A stretch of 62,410 nucleotides of DNA from a virus (Duplodnaviria > Caudoviricetes), in the IMG/VR virus record IMGVR_UViG_3300013132_000053, positions 1-62,410 of that record; one strand, 5' to 3'. Under the pieces are notes generated by a model, which ran no database searches, was not told the DNA's origin, and saw nothing but the letters and a program-made list of their open reading frames with translations. Shown piece by piece: positions 18,013 through 27,538 of the stretch; the first letter of the stretch is position 1, and every line of letters starts with the position of its first letter. The position numbers were made by a program, and so were the translations under genes.

Positions 18013-18831
18013 ATGCCATATGTATTTCAATATCCAGCTATCTCATCTGTGGAGGCTAAAGAACAGCCAAGGTGGATGCGGTTTTATTCTGCTCCATATT
18101 CTTTAAAAAATAAAGAAAGAACAAGGACTTGGATAAAAGCAAATCCATTTGCATCTATAACTTTGCCAATGCCAAAAGAACCTGGATATCAAGTTAGACA
18201 TGAATATGGTGAAGGGACAAACCCAGTTGGTCCTGTTCTTTCTTTAGCTGCTCTTCAGAACAGCGGTGGAGTTGGAAATTTTGACACTTTATTTAATAGA
18301 ATTTTGGATCCTGCAAAATTTCAAAATGAATATATGTATGCTACAACTACATATAGAAGATTTTCTAACGTAACAGAGGCCACTTTGGTTTCTGAAGCAA
18401 GAAAAGAATATTATTTTGAATATCTTTTTGTTCCAAAAAATGAGGCAGATTCAATTCAAGTCGAAGAAATTATTGGAACATTTAGAAAATCATCTTATCC
18501 TACAGTGGCAGGAAATTTGCCGGAAAGAACATATCCTCAAAATATATGGGCTTTGGATGTTGTTCCGGGAGACACGTGGGGTGGTGGTGCAGGGGGTGCT
18601 GCAAATCTTGCAGCAAATTGGCTTGGTGAACCTTTACCATGTGTTTTAACAACAGTATTGGTAAAAAGAAATGATTCAGCAGATCCAATAATAAGATATT
18701 TACCAAATGGACTTTCAAATATAACATTACTTGCATTAAATTTCAGAGAATTTGAAACAGGATCATATGATCCAGCATTGAATCAAGTTTTAAGTAAATC
18801 TGAAATATCAGCAAGAGCATTTCCAAATTAA
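18013..18831 (+). CDS. 48: Baseplate tail-tube cap gp48-like
   Basis: ITLPMP...YYFEYLFVPKNEADS..VEEII..FR...YP...CVLT...LNFRE; synteny. Confidence 0.7.
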   Translation: MPYVFQYPAISSVEAKEQPRWMRFYSAPYSLKNKERTRTWIKANPFASITLPMPKEPGYQVRHEYGEGTNPVGPVLSLAALQNSGGVGNFDTLFNRILDPAKFQNEYMYATTTYRRFSNVTEATLVSEARKEYYFEYLFVPKNEADSIQVEEIIGTFRKSSYPTVAGNLPERTYPQNIWALDVVPGDTWGGGAGGAANLAANWLGEPLPCVLTTVLVKRNDSADPIIRYLPNGLSNITLLALNFREFETGSYDPALNQVLSKSEISARAFPN

Positions 18832-18837
18832 CAACAG

Positions 18838-19677
18838 ATGAAATATTCAGAAAAAATATCAAAAATAAACTATACCACGACTCTAGGTGATTTCAAGGTT
18901 TCCGACCTTTCTTCTTATTTGGTCTTGGAATCAGATTATGTTCAAAGAGCCGATAAAGAAGTTGATAACTATACAACACTTCCTGAACTTGCCGGAAGCA
19001 TATATTCTGATATAGACAGTTTTTGGTTGTTTTTATATGCAAATAACACAATAAACCCATTTGAATTATTAAGGCAATCAAACATACTTACTCAGCAAGA
19101 ATATACTTCAACAGTTTCTACAACTATAATTGATGCTATTGATGGAAAAGAACAATATTTTACTCCAGGTTCTTTAATTTTTAATAGAAGCGACGACAAT
19201 GGAAATTGCTATAGTTTTGGTGGAACTGGTTCTTTTAGCCTTACTGGAGGTTTTGCTTTGGTGGTTGGTTACGATACATTTACAAAAAAATCAATATTAA
19301 AACCATATGGAATGACTTTTAGCTATGGAAACGAAGATGGATATAAAAGAGGTATAGTCAATGGTGATACTTATTATATGCAGGGGCTGGGATTGACTGC
19401 TAATGCTTATGGAGCCACTTTATTATCAAATGATATTTCCAAGATATTATATGCGGCTCCTTTTGGAGAAGACAGCGTTTTTTATGCTGAAAGTATCGGT
19501 GGCCAACCATTTGTGAAAAAAGGATCAGGTCTGTCTCCATATGAATTTGCGGGAACTGGAAACTGCTATACATATTCATACAATTCTAATATAGATACTA
19601 GAAAGATAAGTTATTATCTTACAAATAAGATAAATTATAGTAATTTTAGTCAAGTTGTCCAAGATTATACAGTTTAA
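18838..19677 (+). CDS. 53: Baseplate wedge gp53-like with extension
   Basis: LPELAGSIYSD..FWLFLYANNTINPF; follows gp48. Confidence 0.6.
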   Translation: MKYSEKISKINYTTTLGDFKVSDLSSYLVLESDYVQRADKEVDNYTTLPELAGSIYSDIDSFWLFLYANNTINPFELLRQSNILTQQEYTSTVSTTIIDAIDGKEQYFTPGSLIFNRSDDNGNCYSFGGTGSFSLTGGFALVVGYDTFTKKSILKPYGMTFSYGNEDGYKRGIVNGDTYYMQGLGLTANAYGATLLSNDISKILYAAPFGEDSVFYAESIGGQPFVKKGSGLSPYEFAGTGNCYTYSYNSNIDTRKISYYLTNKINYSNFSQVVQDYTV

Positions 19678-19682
19678 TAAAT

Positions 19683-21674
19683 ATGTCAACTCTCAATCCA
19701 TTTTCATCAAATATAAAACAAATATCACTGGGATCTGAAACTACACCATATTTTCCTATAATTGGAACAAAAATAAGATGCCAGTATGAAAAAATTGAAT
19801 TTATAGAAAGTGTATTTGAATTATTTCCAAGCGGTTCTTTGGTTGTAAGAGACACAAGTGATATAGCTACAGCAATAAGATCTGGAAATCTTGATACAAT
19901 AAAAATTGAATATGGAGATGGAAAAATAGAACATTTTTTCATTTCATCGGTCTCTGGATTAAACAATTTAGCATCAAGCAATGAAGAAAATTTTATTGCA
20001 ATAAATTTTAGCAATCAATTGTTTAAAATAAATCAAAACAGAGGTTTGGCTGATATGGGTATTCAGCAACCTTTGGTTTCTAATTTTGAAGATTTTGTTC
20101 AATCTAGAGTTGCTCCATTTTTAAGTTCTGCAGTTCCATCTGGAATAATACCTCCAACATACAAAAATTTAACAAATACCAGAAGCGGAAATTTTGTTGT
20201 CATAAGACCTATAAATCCAATCGAAGAAAAATTAGATGTTCCCACTGAAAATTTAGTGCAATATCTTTATTATCTATCCAGCATGCTAGTGGATGATCAA
20301 AATTATAAACCAAGATTTTTATTTTGGACAGGATTTAATAATGATTTGAATTTGCGTTATGTAAATACAGATTTAAATGCAGATACGTCTTTTGATGAAA
20401 AAGAAAGATCTTATTCTGTCTATGAAGGTGACAGCCCAACTATAATAAAAAATGGAAAAACATATAAAAAGATATATTTACTTTTTAGCACTCCTAGTTC
20501 GCAGTATTACAATAGAAATTATTTTTATATAAGAAAAACACCAACAATATTAGATGATGTTCCTGTTTCATCCTATCAAGAAACTTTGTTTAAGCATCAA
20601 TTTCTAGATGATGGAAGTAAGTATAGTGTCATATTGGTATCAGATCAAATGACTAGTACGACAACTACAGGCCCAAGAATAATTCCATCCTTGCAAGGTT
20701 ATTCAGAACTAGAGTATGATGGACATTTTGGGTATTACAATTATAATGACAAAAATGACAATTTTTCAAATTCAACAACATTGATGATGGATTATGGAAA
20801 TAATGATTTTTATGACGGTTACAAGTTCATGACAACAACATCACCATATCCATTTATTGATAATCCAGAAATGTGGAAAAATTCATTTGATTTGACATCT
20901 TTACATCCAAATATAGGTGGTCCTTTTAATGCTAATACGCCATCAAGTAATGGTGGTAGCAGTATTAGTAATTTGCAAAAAGTATTTAATATAAGACAAA
21001 ATACAAAAAATAATACAACCAAAAAAGATCTTATTTATGATATAGAGAAACAAAATTTTATATATTATGTTTTGTGTTGCATGTCAAATCAAGAAGAAGA
21101 AGAAGAAACTTTTTTTGCAGCGTTAACTGGTTTTGCAGCAGATAATATGGCTGAAACAAATACCGTTCCACCCGGTACTACAGGAAAATGGAGATATAGT
21201 TGGAGACGTTTAGATTTTAATATAACATCCATTGGCGCTGGTTTTTGGAATGCAGGAATACCCGAAAACAATCTTATTTCTTATCCACAAAATAAATGGA
21301 TATTGGGTACAGAAGGGTCTAGTACTACAACAGACACATGGGCAATAAATTTAAATGAAAGAAAAAATTATCCGGGAGACAATTCTTATGGTGCTCCCGG
21401 TTGGTGGTTAAGCAATCTAACATCTCCTGTATTTCAAAATGTTAAATATAGGCCAATAGGTTTCAGACCAAACGGCTTACCTTCGGGTGAGGAGATACGC
21501 CATATAGTAAAAATGCATAAATTACCTTATTCAAAAATTATAAAAGAATCTCCTGATTGGGGAACCTATAGTTATGTTGATCAAGAAGTAATTTTAAATA
21601 ATACATCAGTCAAAGGAAGATATGTTTATTACTTTGAATTGTCAAATGTGACAGATGGTCCTTGTATAAATTAA
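19683..21674 (+). CDS. Baseplate hub (gp27-like) N-terminal part with large extension
   Basis: IEFIESVF...SGSLVVRDT...FLFW pattern; synteny. Confidence 0.5.
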   Translation: MSTLNPFSSNIKQISLGSETTPYFPIIGTKIRCQYEKIEFIESVFELFPSGSLVVRDTSDIATAIRSGNLDTIKIEYGDGKIEHFFISSVSGLNNLASSNEENFIAINFSNQLFKINQNRGLADMGIQQPLVSNFEDFVQSRVAPFLSSAVPSGIIPPTYKNLTNTRSGNFVVIRPINPIEEKLDVPTENLVQYLYYLSSMLVDDQNYKPRFLFWTGFNNDLNLRYVNTDLNADTSFDEKERSYSVYEGDSPTIIKNGKTYKKIYLLFSTPSSQYYNRNYFYIRKTPTILDDVPVSSYQETLFKHQFLDDGSKYSVILVSDQMTSTTTTGPRIIPSLQGYSELEYDGHFGYYNYNDKNDNFSNSTTLMMDYGNNDFYDGYKFMTTTSPYPFIDNPEMWKNSFDLTSLHPNIGGPFNANTPSSNGGSSISNLQKVFNIRQNTKNNTTKKDLIYDIEKQNFIYYVLCCMSNQEEEEETFFAALTGFAADNMAETNTVPPGTTGKWRYSWRRLDFNITSIGAGFWNAGIPENNLISYPQNKWILGTEGSSTTTDTWAINLNERKNYPGDNSYGAPGWWLSNLTSPVFQNVKYRPIGFRPNGLPSGEEIRHIVKMHKLPYSKIIKESPDWGTYSYVDQEVILNNTSVKGRYVYYFELSNVTDGPCIN

Positions 21675-21694
21675 TAATAATTGGAATAATTAAT

Positions 21695-22405
21695 ATGCCA
21701 GAATCAACAAAACAGATACACACAATAAGTGCCACAAAGGTCCAAACTATACCATATCCTGGAAGTTCAAGGAATTCATATGATTGTGCTAATCCTTGGA
21801 TAACAAGAGGAGTAACCTCACAACCCTCTACCTATTCTGCTTGCATAAACAATTCGGCCTACGGATCAAAAGTTGCAGCAGTAGTAAATGGCCTTGGCGG
21901 TCTTCCTAATCCTGTATGGAATGGTCCATCTGCAATTTCTGGTGTTCCAAGTAGTATAGATAGTGTTTTTTTAGCAGAAAAATCACCTGAATGTGATTCT
22001 GTTGGATCTCAATTAGGAAATGACTTTAAAGGTTGTTTTTGGTCTGCACCAGATTCATTTTTAAGTTGTTCTTGTCCGGATATTGGAAATAATTATGAAA
22101 ATTACTTAAAATTAAGATTGAACGTAGCTACCTTTTGGTTTACACCAATTGATACTCCAATTCAAAGAAAAAAATTTTTAGATGCAATTTCCTATGGTCC
22201 TAAAATTACTTTTACTGTTGCTGGAGATTTTACCTTAAGGCCCGGAACAATAGTAAAAGTTACTGCAGACAACATAAGCGGATATGATACTTCTTCCGGT
22301 ACATCGGTTCTGACAAAAAAATATTTTGTCCTGTCAGTCAAAAATACCTGTACAAATTCAGGGACCCAGGAAACTACGGTAACTGGCGTAGAAGTTCTAT
22401 ACTAA
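21695..22405 (+). CDS. Protein ending in a gp27/GpD hub-like C-terminal motif
   Basis: ITFTVAGDFTLRPGTIVKV...YFVLSVKN...ETTV; start moved to ATG 21695. Confidence 0.5.
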   Translation: MPESTKQIHTISATKVQTIPYPGSSRNSYDCANPWITRGVTSQPSTYSACINNSAYGSKVAAVVNGLGGLPNPVWNGPSAISGVPSSIDSVFLAEKSPECDSVGSQLGNDFKGCFWSAPDSFLSCSCPDIGNNYENYLKLRLNVATFWFTPIDTPIQRKKFLDAISYGPKITFTVAGDFTLRPGTIVKVTADNISGYDTSSGTSVLTKKYFVLSVKNTCTNSGTQETTVTGVEVLY

Positions 22406-22414
22406 ATATTGGTG

Positions 22415-22798
22415 ATGGTTATAAAGAAGGATTTTAACATCCTTGGCAAGAAAGTTAGCACAACGAACGCCAAAAAAGACATTGGCACCGTTAGTGATGT
22501 AAATTCGTACATTCAAAAAATAGAACATATATTAAAAACTCAAAAAGGTGAACTTCCGGCGGATCTTGCTATAGGTGCCGATTTTTTCAGTTATAGATAC
22601 AATCTTCCATATGGATCTGGATTTTTGGAGTCAGATATAAGAAATGCTGTTTCATACGGTATATTTGATCTAATCTCCGTAACCCCAAAAATAACATATT
22701 TTGATACAGAAAAAATAGTATTCCAAGTAAACTTTGAAGTCTTGGATTCTGTCATAAAACAAAACAATTCATGCACTATTGAGGTTTCACTACAATGA
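22415..22798 (+). CDS. 25: Baseplate wedge gp25-like
   Basis: NSYIQKIEHILKTQKGELPADLAIGAD; ATG 22415 lies 6 nt after TAAATA (22403-22408). Confidence 0.75.
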   Translation: MVIKKDFNILGKKVSTTNAKKDIGTVSDVNSYIQKIEHILKTQKGELPADLAIGADFFSYRYNLPYGSGFLESDIRNAVSYGIFDLISVTPKITYFDTEKIVFQVNFEVLDSVIKQNNSCTIEVSLQ

Positions 22799-23871
22799 GC
22801 TTAAATTTTAAAAATCTAAACGTGGCTTCACTTGACTATACTGAAATAGTAAACTCAATGACAAATTTTTTAAAGCAAGAACCAAGTCTTGCTGACCTTG
22901 ATTATGATAATAAATCAAGTGCCGTAAATATGTTGGTAAATATTCTTGCAACGGCAACAGCATACAATGGAATATATGCCCAGCTAGGATATAAAGAATC
23001 TTTTTTAAGCACGGCAACTTTACTTTCTTCAATTGTTGGATTATCTTCAAATTCATCAGTTTTACTTGAGGTCAAGAAATCAGCTCAAACAACCAGAAAT
23101 TTGGTTGTTTATGGAGCAACTTTATCTGCATATAGTGCATTTCCGGCAATTACAACTACCGGACAATCTGTAAATTTTTACAACATTGAATCAGTATCTC
23201 CATATACTACTGCAGCTACGGTTACTTTGTTTAGTGGATTAAAGGTAGAACAATATACTACATGGAATTTTAATACTAATTCCATGACTATTCCACTTAC
23301 AGTTGACCCAGAAACAATAAATCTTTATAGCACAGATTTTAATGGAGTTGAAACTTTGTGGACACGTGTGTCAAAATCTGATCAGAGCTTAAACTCTACT
23401 GGATATTATTATACAGTTGTGAACACAGTTAATGGGTATCTTGTAACCGCAAACCTACCGACATCAATTGAATTAGATACTTCAAATACATTCTTTGTGA
23501 GAGCAGTCGTTTCAGATGGTACCTTATCAAATGATGCAACGCTGTATGGAAATTCATATGCAGACTTTTTGACTACCAGCACCCCTTCAGGCGGCTTCAA
23601 TGAACTTTCGGTTGACTTGGCAAAGGCAAAAGTTCAGTTTGATTCTTCTTCGTTGCATAGATGCGTAACATTATCTGATTTTGAATCTGCAATAATTGCG
23701 TCTGAAATAGATGGTACGGATGATATTGATAACATAACCGTGGCAAATGCAGATCAACCATCTACCTTAAAAATTTACGTTGATGGGCTTAATACTACAA
23801 ATCAATCCGCTTTGATGACATATCTTGCTGCAAGAGCCGTTGCAGGAACAAATATAATATATTCTCTTTAA
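22795..23871 (+). CDS. 6: Baseplate wedge gp6-like (short, 358 aa)
   Basis: LDYTEI...DLDY..S..NMLVNILA..TAYN...ESFLSTA...RCVTLSDFE. Confidence 0.8.
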   Translation: MSLNFKNLNVASLDYTEIVNSMTNFLKQEPSLADLDYDNKSSAVNMLVNILATATAYNGIYAQLGYKESFLSTATLLSSIVGLSSNSSVLLEVKKSAQTTRNLVVYGATLSAYSAFPAITTTGQSVNFYNIESVSPYTTAATVTLFSGLKVEQYTTWNFNTNSMTIPLTVDPETINLYSTDFNGVETLWTRVSKSDQSLNSTGYYYTVVNTVNGYLVTANLPTSIELDTSNTFFVRAVVSDGTLSNDATLYGNSYADFLTTSTPSGGFNELSVDLAKAKVQFDSSSLHRCVTLSDFESAIIASEIDGTDDIDNITVANADQPSTLKIYVDGLNTTNQSALMTYLAARAVAGTNIIYSL

Positions 23872-23872
23872 A

Positions 23873-24493
23873 ATGATTCTTTTATTCAATAAAATTCCAG
23901 TATCTTTGGAAAGAAAGATGGCAGAAGCGGTAAATGTTGCAAAAACAACATTGGGATCTGATTATTATGGTGTTCAGGGTGATGAGTGGTTTGGAGACAA
24001 ACTTACAATACAGTCTTTATTTCCGGTATGGATTCAAAAAGAGGCTGAATCCGATTCAACAGTAACAATAACAAATATAGTAAAATCATATTTTAGATGG
24101 TTGTTCAGTGAAAAATATGGTTATGGTGGTAAGGTGGATTGGGAGAACATACATTGCCCATTTACAATTAATGACAAATTTTTGGAGGCTTTAGCCAGCA
24201 ATTATTTTCCAAATGAAGATTTTTCAGAAAATTCCGTTTTAAGACCTCTTTTGTCAAACATAAAAAAATTTGCAATACAGTACGATTCAAATTTTGGATT
24301 GATAAAGGGAACAGACCAATCGATAAGATATGCATTGACAACTCTTTTGGATTTGCCTATAAACGAATGTTTTGTTCAAACCGGAAGTCCAGGTTTTATA
24401 ATCATAAAAGCAAATGTTACAGAAACATATAAGACATTTCTCATCAGATGTGTTTATCCGGCTGGGACTACAATAATATATCAGACACCATGA
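23873..24493 (+). CDS. Baseplate wedge gp7-like (short)
   Basis: SLFPVWI...YFRWL...IKGTDQSIRYAL...VYPAG; follows gp6. Confidence 0.55.
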   Translation: MILLFNKIPVSLERKMAEAVNVAKTTLGSDYYGVQGDEWFGDKLTIQSLFPVWIQKEAESDSTVTITNIVKSYFRWLFSEKYGYGGKVDWENIHCPFTINDKFLEALASNYFPNEDFSENSVLRPLLSNIKKFAIQYDSNFGLIKGTDQSIRYALTTLLDLPINECFVQTGSPGFIIIKANVTETYKTFLIRCVYPAGTTIIYQTP

Positions 24494-24936
24494 TAACAAA
24501 AATAATGGGATTTGCTATGGCAATAGCATCCCGTGGTTTTAAAAATTCAAAGATAAACGTAGAAGTAAAAAAACTCAGATATGTCTCATGCTATGGTCAT
24601 GAAAATATAAAACCATGCATTAATCTCAAAAAAAGCGATAAATCTGATTTTTATTATTGTGGTGGGTGTGGTTGCGGTGACTATTCCCATACTTGGCTAA
24701 TAGGAGAAAAAGAAGAATATTCTAAATTGGACTATCCATATCTCGACTGTCCATTGAAAATGCCCGGATTTTCAAATTATGATCCTAATTCCCCGGAAGA
24801 AGATTTTCAAAGGAAAAAAGAAGTAGAAAACATGGATCCAGAAAAATTTAAGTTTATAGAGCTTACTTTATCGGTAAATGAGGAAAAAGAAAAAATATTT
24901 GAGTCACTTATGAAAATGGTAGAAGATCATAAATAA
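24490..24936 (+). CDS. Cys-rich putative metal-binding protein
   Basis: RYVSC...PC...CGGCGC...KLDYPYLDCP; ATGA overlap with the upstream stop. Confidence 0.6.
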   Translation: MITKIMGFAMAIASRGFKNSKINVEVKKLRYVSCYGHENIKPCINLKKSDKSDFYYCGGCGCGDYSHTWLIGEKEEYSKLDYPYLDCPLKMPGFSNYDPNSPEEDFQRKKEVENMDPEKFKFIELTLSVNEEKEKIFESLMKMVEDHK

Positions 24937-24940
24937 TTTT

Positions 24941-25768
24941 ATGATACCTACCACTCGTCAGGAATTCATCGATTATTGCTATAGATCCTTGGGGGCACCA
25001 GTTGTCCAGATAAACGTAGATCCACAACAGGCAGAGGACCGTCTTGATGAAGCCCTGGAATATATGTATGAAAGACACTTTGATTTTAATCAAAGGGCAT
25101 TGTTTCTTTATCAAATAAAATCAGAAGACGTAAATAACAAATATTTTGATACAACTCAATTTGGCGATGCCTTGGGTGCAAAGGGTTTTACATTTGCCGA
25201 TGGTAGTACAGGATCTTGGCCAACGGCTAATGATATACGAACTGTAACCAAGGTTTACCGGGCCCAGGATGTCTCTGGTGACTATATGTTTGATTTAAGA
25301 TACCAATTGACCTTATTTGACTTCTTTGGTTTATACTTCAATCAGGGCGGTTTAAACACGGGTCCAATGGCAACCTACATAGAAGCCATGAGTTACCTTA
25401 AGCTTGTAAATGACGTATTTAATTATCCTGCGTCATATACTTATGCAAAAACAACAAATAGATTGTTCTTGGACATTGATTATCCATCCATGGTTCCAGG
25501 ATCATATCTTTTAGTTGAAACTTATGTTCAAATTGACCCGGAACAATATCAAAAAGTATGGGCTGACAGAATATTTAAAAAATATTACACTGCCTTATTG
25601 AAGAAACAATGGGCGCAGAATTTGATGAAATTTGCGGGCGTTCCTTTGCCGGGAGGTGCTCAATTGAATGCTGGTGCCCTTATGGCTGAAGCAACTAATG
25701 AATTAAATCAAATAGAAATGACACTAGTAAAAACACAGGAATTGCCGCCAGATCCATTGATAGGATAA
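24941..25768 (+). CDS. 13: Neck protein gp13
   Basis: YCYRSLGAPVVQINVD..Q.EDRLDEAL...KKQWAQNLMKFAGVPLPGG. Confidence 0.93.
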   Translation: MIPTTRQEFIDYCYRSLGAPVVQINVDPQQAEDRLDEALEYMYERHFDFNQRALFLYQIKSEDVNNKYFDTTQFGDALGAKGFTFADGSTGSWPTANDIRTVTKVYRAQDVSGDYMFDLRYQLTLFDFFGLYFNQGGLNTGPMATYIEAMSYLKLVNDVFNYPASYTYAKTTNRLFLDIDYPSMVPGSYLLVETYVQIDPEQYQKVWADRIFKKYYTALLKKQWAQNLMKFAGVPLPGGAQLNAGALMAEATNELNQIEMTLVKTQELPPDPLIG

Positions 25769-25771
25769 AAA

Positions 25772-26422
25772 TTGAAAAATCCATATTTTCAAAATTATCA
25801 AGGAGAACAGAATTTAGTAGAAGGAATAACAATAGAAGTTATTCAAGCTACTGGAACAGACTGTGTTTATATTCCTAGAGATTACTTATCAATTGATAAA
25901 ATTTTTGGTGAAGATCCTGGATCTTATTTCCAGAATGCTTATAGCCTTGAAATGTATTTGCAAAGTTACAAAGGTTTTGAGGGAAACGATGTAATAACTC
26001 AATTTGGCCTTGAAATCAAGGATAGAGTCTACCTTGTATTTTCAAGAAAAAGATTTCAGCAAGAAGTTACTAATAAAAATTCATCAATAACAAGACCTAG
26101 AGAGGGTGATTTAATATATTTTCCACCTTCAAAGTCATTATTTGAAATAAACTTTGTAGAACATGAAAATCCATTTTATCCTCTTGGAAGATTATATTCT
26201 TACTTTATAACCGGAGAATTGTTCACATACAGCTACGAAAAACTGAATACAAAGGTTGCTGCTGTGGATGAAGTAATGACTGACACCAGAGGATTCTCTG
26301 GTGGAACAATAATACCGATAAACAACGGACTTGGTACTACGGCAGGATCTAACGACATACTTAAGACTGAATCTGCTGGGTATACATTTGATCCAAATAA
26401 CCCATTTGTTGATTGCAATTAA
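25772..26422 (+). CDS. 14: Neck protein gp14
   Basis: EQNLVE...YIPR...QFGLEIKD...RPREGDLIYFP...EHENPFY. Confidence 0.92.
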   Translation: MKNPYFQNYQGEQNLVEGITIEVIQATGTDCVYIPRDYLSIDKIFGEDPGSYFQNAYSLEMYLQSYKGFEGNDVITQFGLEIKDRVYLVFSRKRFQQEVTNKNSSITRPREGDLIYFPPSKSLFEINFVEHENPFYPLGRLYSYFITGELFTYSYEKLNTKVAAVDEVMTDTRGFSGGTIIPINNGLGTTAGSNDILKTESAGYTFDPNNPFVDCN

Positions 26423-26430
26423 GGTAAAAC

Positions 26431-27102
26431 ATGTTTGAATACTATAACAACAAAAGCCTAAGAAAACTGGTTGTTGGATTTGGAACATTGTTTAACAATA
26501 TAGATGTCCAGCATGAAAATCCAGACAACCCAAATTCTCCTCTTGAGATAAGAGTTCCCATCACCTATGCACCACAGGAAAAGTTTATAAGGCGTTTGTT
26601 GGAGCCATCTTCAATAAATGATGCAACCAGAATAGAAACCCAACTTCCTAGGTTGAGTTACATAATGACAAACATCTCTCCCGATACCAGCAGAAGAGTA
26701 AGCAAGTCAAATCCAATTTTAGGAAAACAAATAGTTGATGAAACCTGCCAAAACACAGGATTTGTTATTAATGAATTTGTACCAGTAAACGTGGGATTTA
26801 ATTTATTTATATACACTAGGCATATAGATGATACTTTGCAAATCATTGAACAAATAATGCCTTATTTCAATCCAGACCATATAATAAAGTTGTCATTGAA
26901 TAGCCAGCAGACAGATGTAAAAATTCCAATAATTATGACATCTAATAATATAACTGAAAGATATGATGGCGACTTTGGAAATAGAAGGATAAATATATCA
27001 TCCATATCATTTGTTGCAAAAAGTTATATTTACGGAAAGGTCAGATCGACTACAACAATTACAAATACGGTGCTCGGCCTTACATTAGACGATGAACAAT
27101 AA
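26431..27102 (+). CDS. 15: Tail sheath stabiliser/terminator gp15
   Basis: LRKLVVGFGTLFNNI...VPITYAPQEKF...LPRLS...QIIEQIMPYFNP. Confidence 0.92.
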   Translation: MFEYYNNKSLRKLVVGFGTLFNNIDVQHENPDNPNSPLEIRVPITYAPQEKFIRRLLEPSSINDATRIETQLPRLSYIMTNISPDTSRRVSKSNPILGKQIVDETCQNTGFVINEFVPVNVGFNLFIYTRHIDDTLQIIEQIMPYFNPDHIIKLSLNSQQTDVKIPIIMTSNNITERYDGDFGNRRINISSISFVAKSYIYGKVRSTTTITNTVLGLTLDDEQ

Positions 27103-27538
27103 TCTAAAAACATTCTTCAATTTGCCAAAAGAAAATAATGAAGATAATATAAAAAGTTCCCTGGTTGGGGGAACCTTTGATCTTAATAATTTTCAAAAAG
27201 ACTATGAATTGGCTCAGTCAAACATAAAAGATTTGATTGGAAGCGGAAACATTGCATTAGAAAATGCGCTTAAAGTTGCCACCGAATCAGATGCACCAAG
27301 GGCATTTGAAGTTGTTGCCATATTACTAAAAACAATGGCAGATCTCAATAATAACATGCTTGATGTGCATAAAAAAGCAAAAATGACCACTTCAGATGGA
27401 AAACAAACAATAAAACAAACCAATAATGCTGTATTTATAGGATCTACAAAAGATTTGCAGAATCTTTTGAACAAAGAAAGAAGCACGGACAAAGAAGTAA
27501 TTGATGTGGAGATTTTAAATCATGGTTCAACCGGATAA
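27092..27538 (+). CDS. 16: Terminase small subunit gp16
   Basis: DYELA...SDAPRAFEV...TNNAVFIGSTKDLQ. Confidence 0.9.
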   Translation: MNNNLKTFFNLPKENNEDNIKSSLVGGTFDLNNFQKDYELAQSNIKDLIGSGNIALENALKVATESDAPRAFEVVAILLKTMADLNNNMLDVHKKAKMTTSDGKQTIKQTNNAVFIGSTKDLQNLLNKERSTDKEVIDVEILNHGSTG

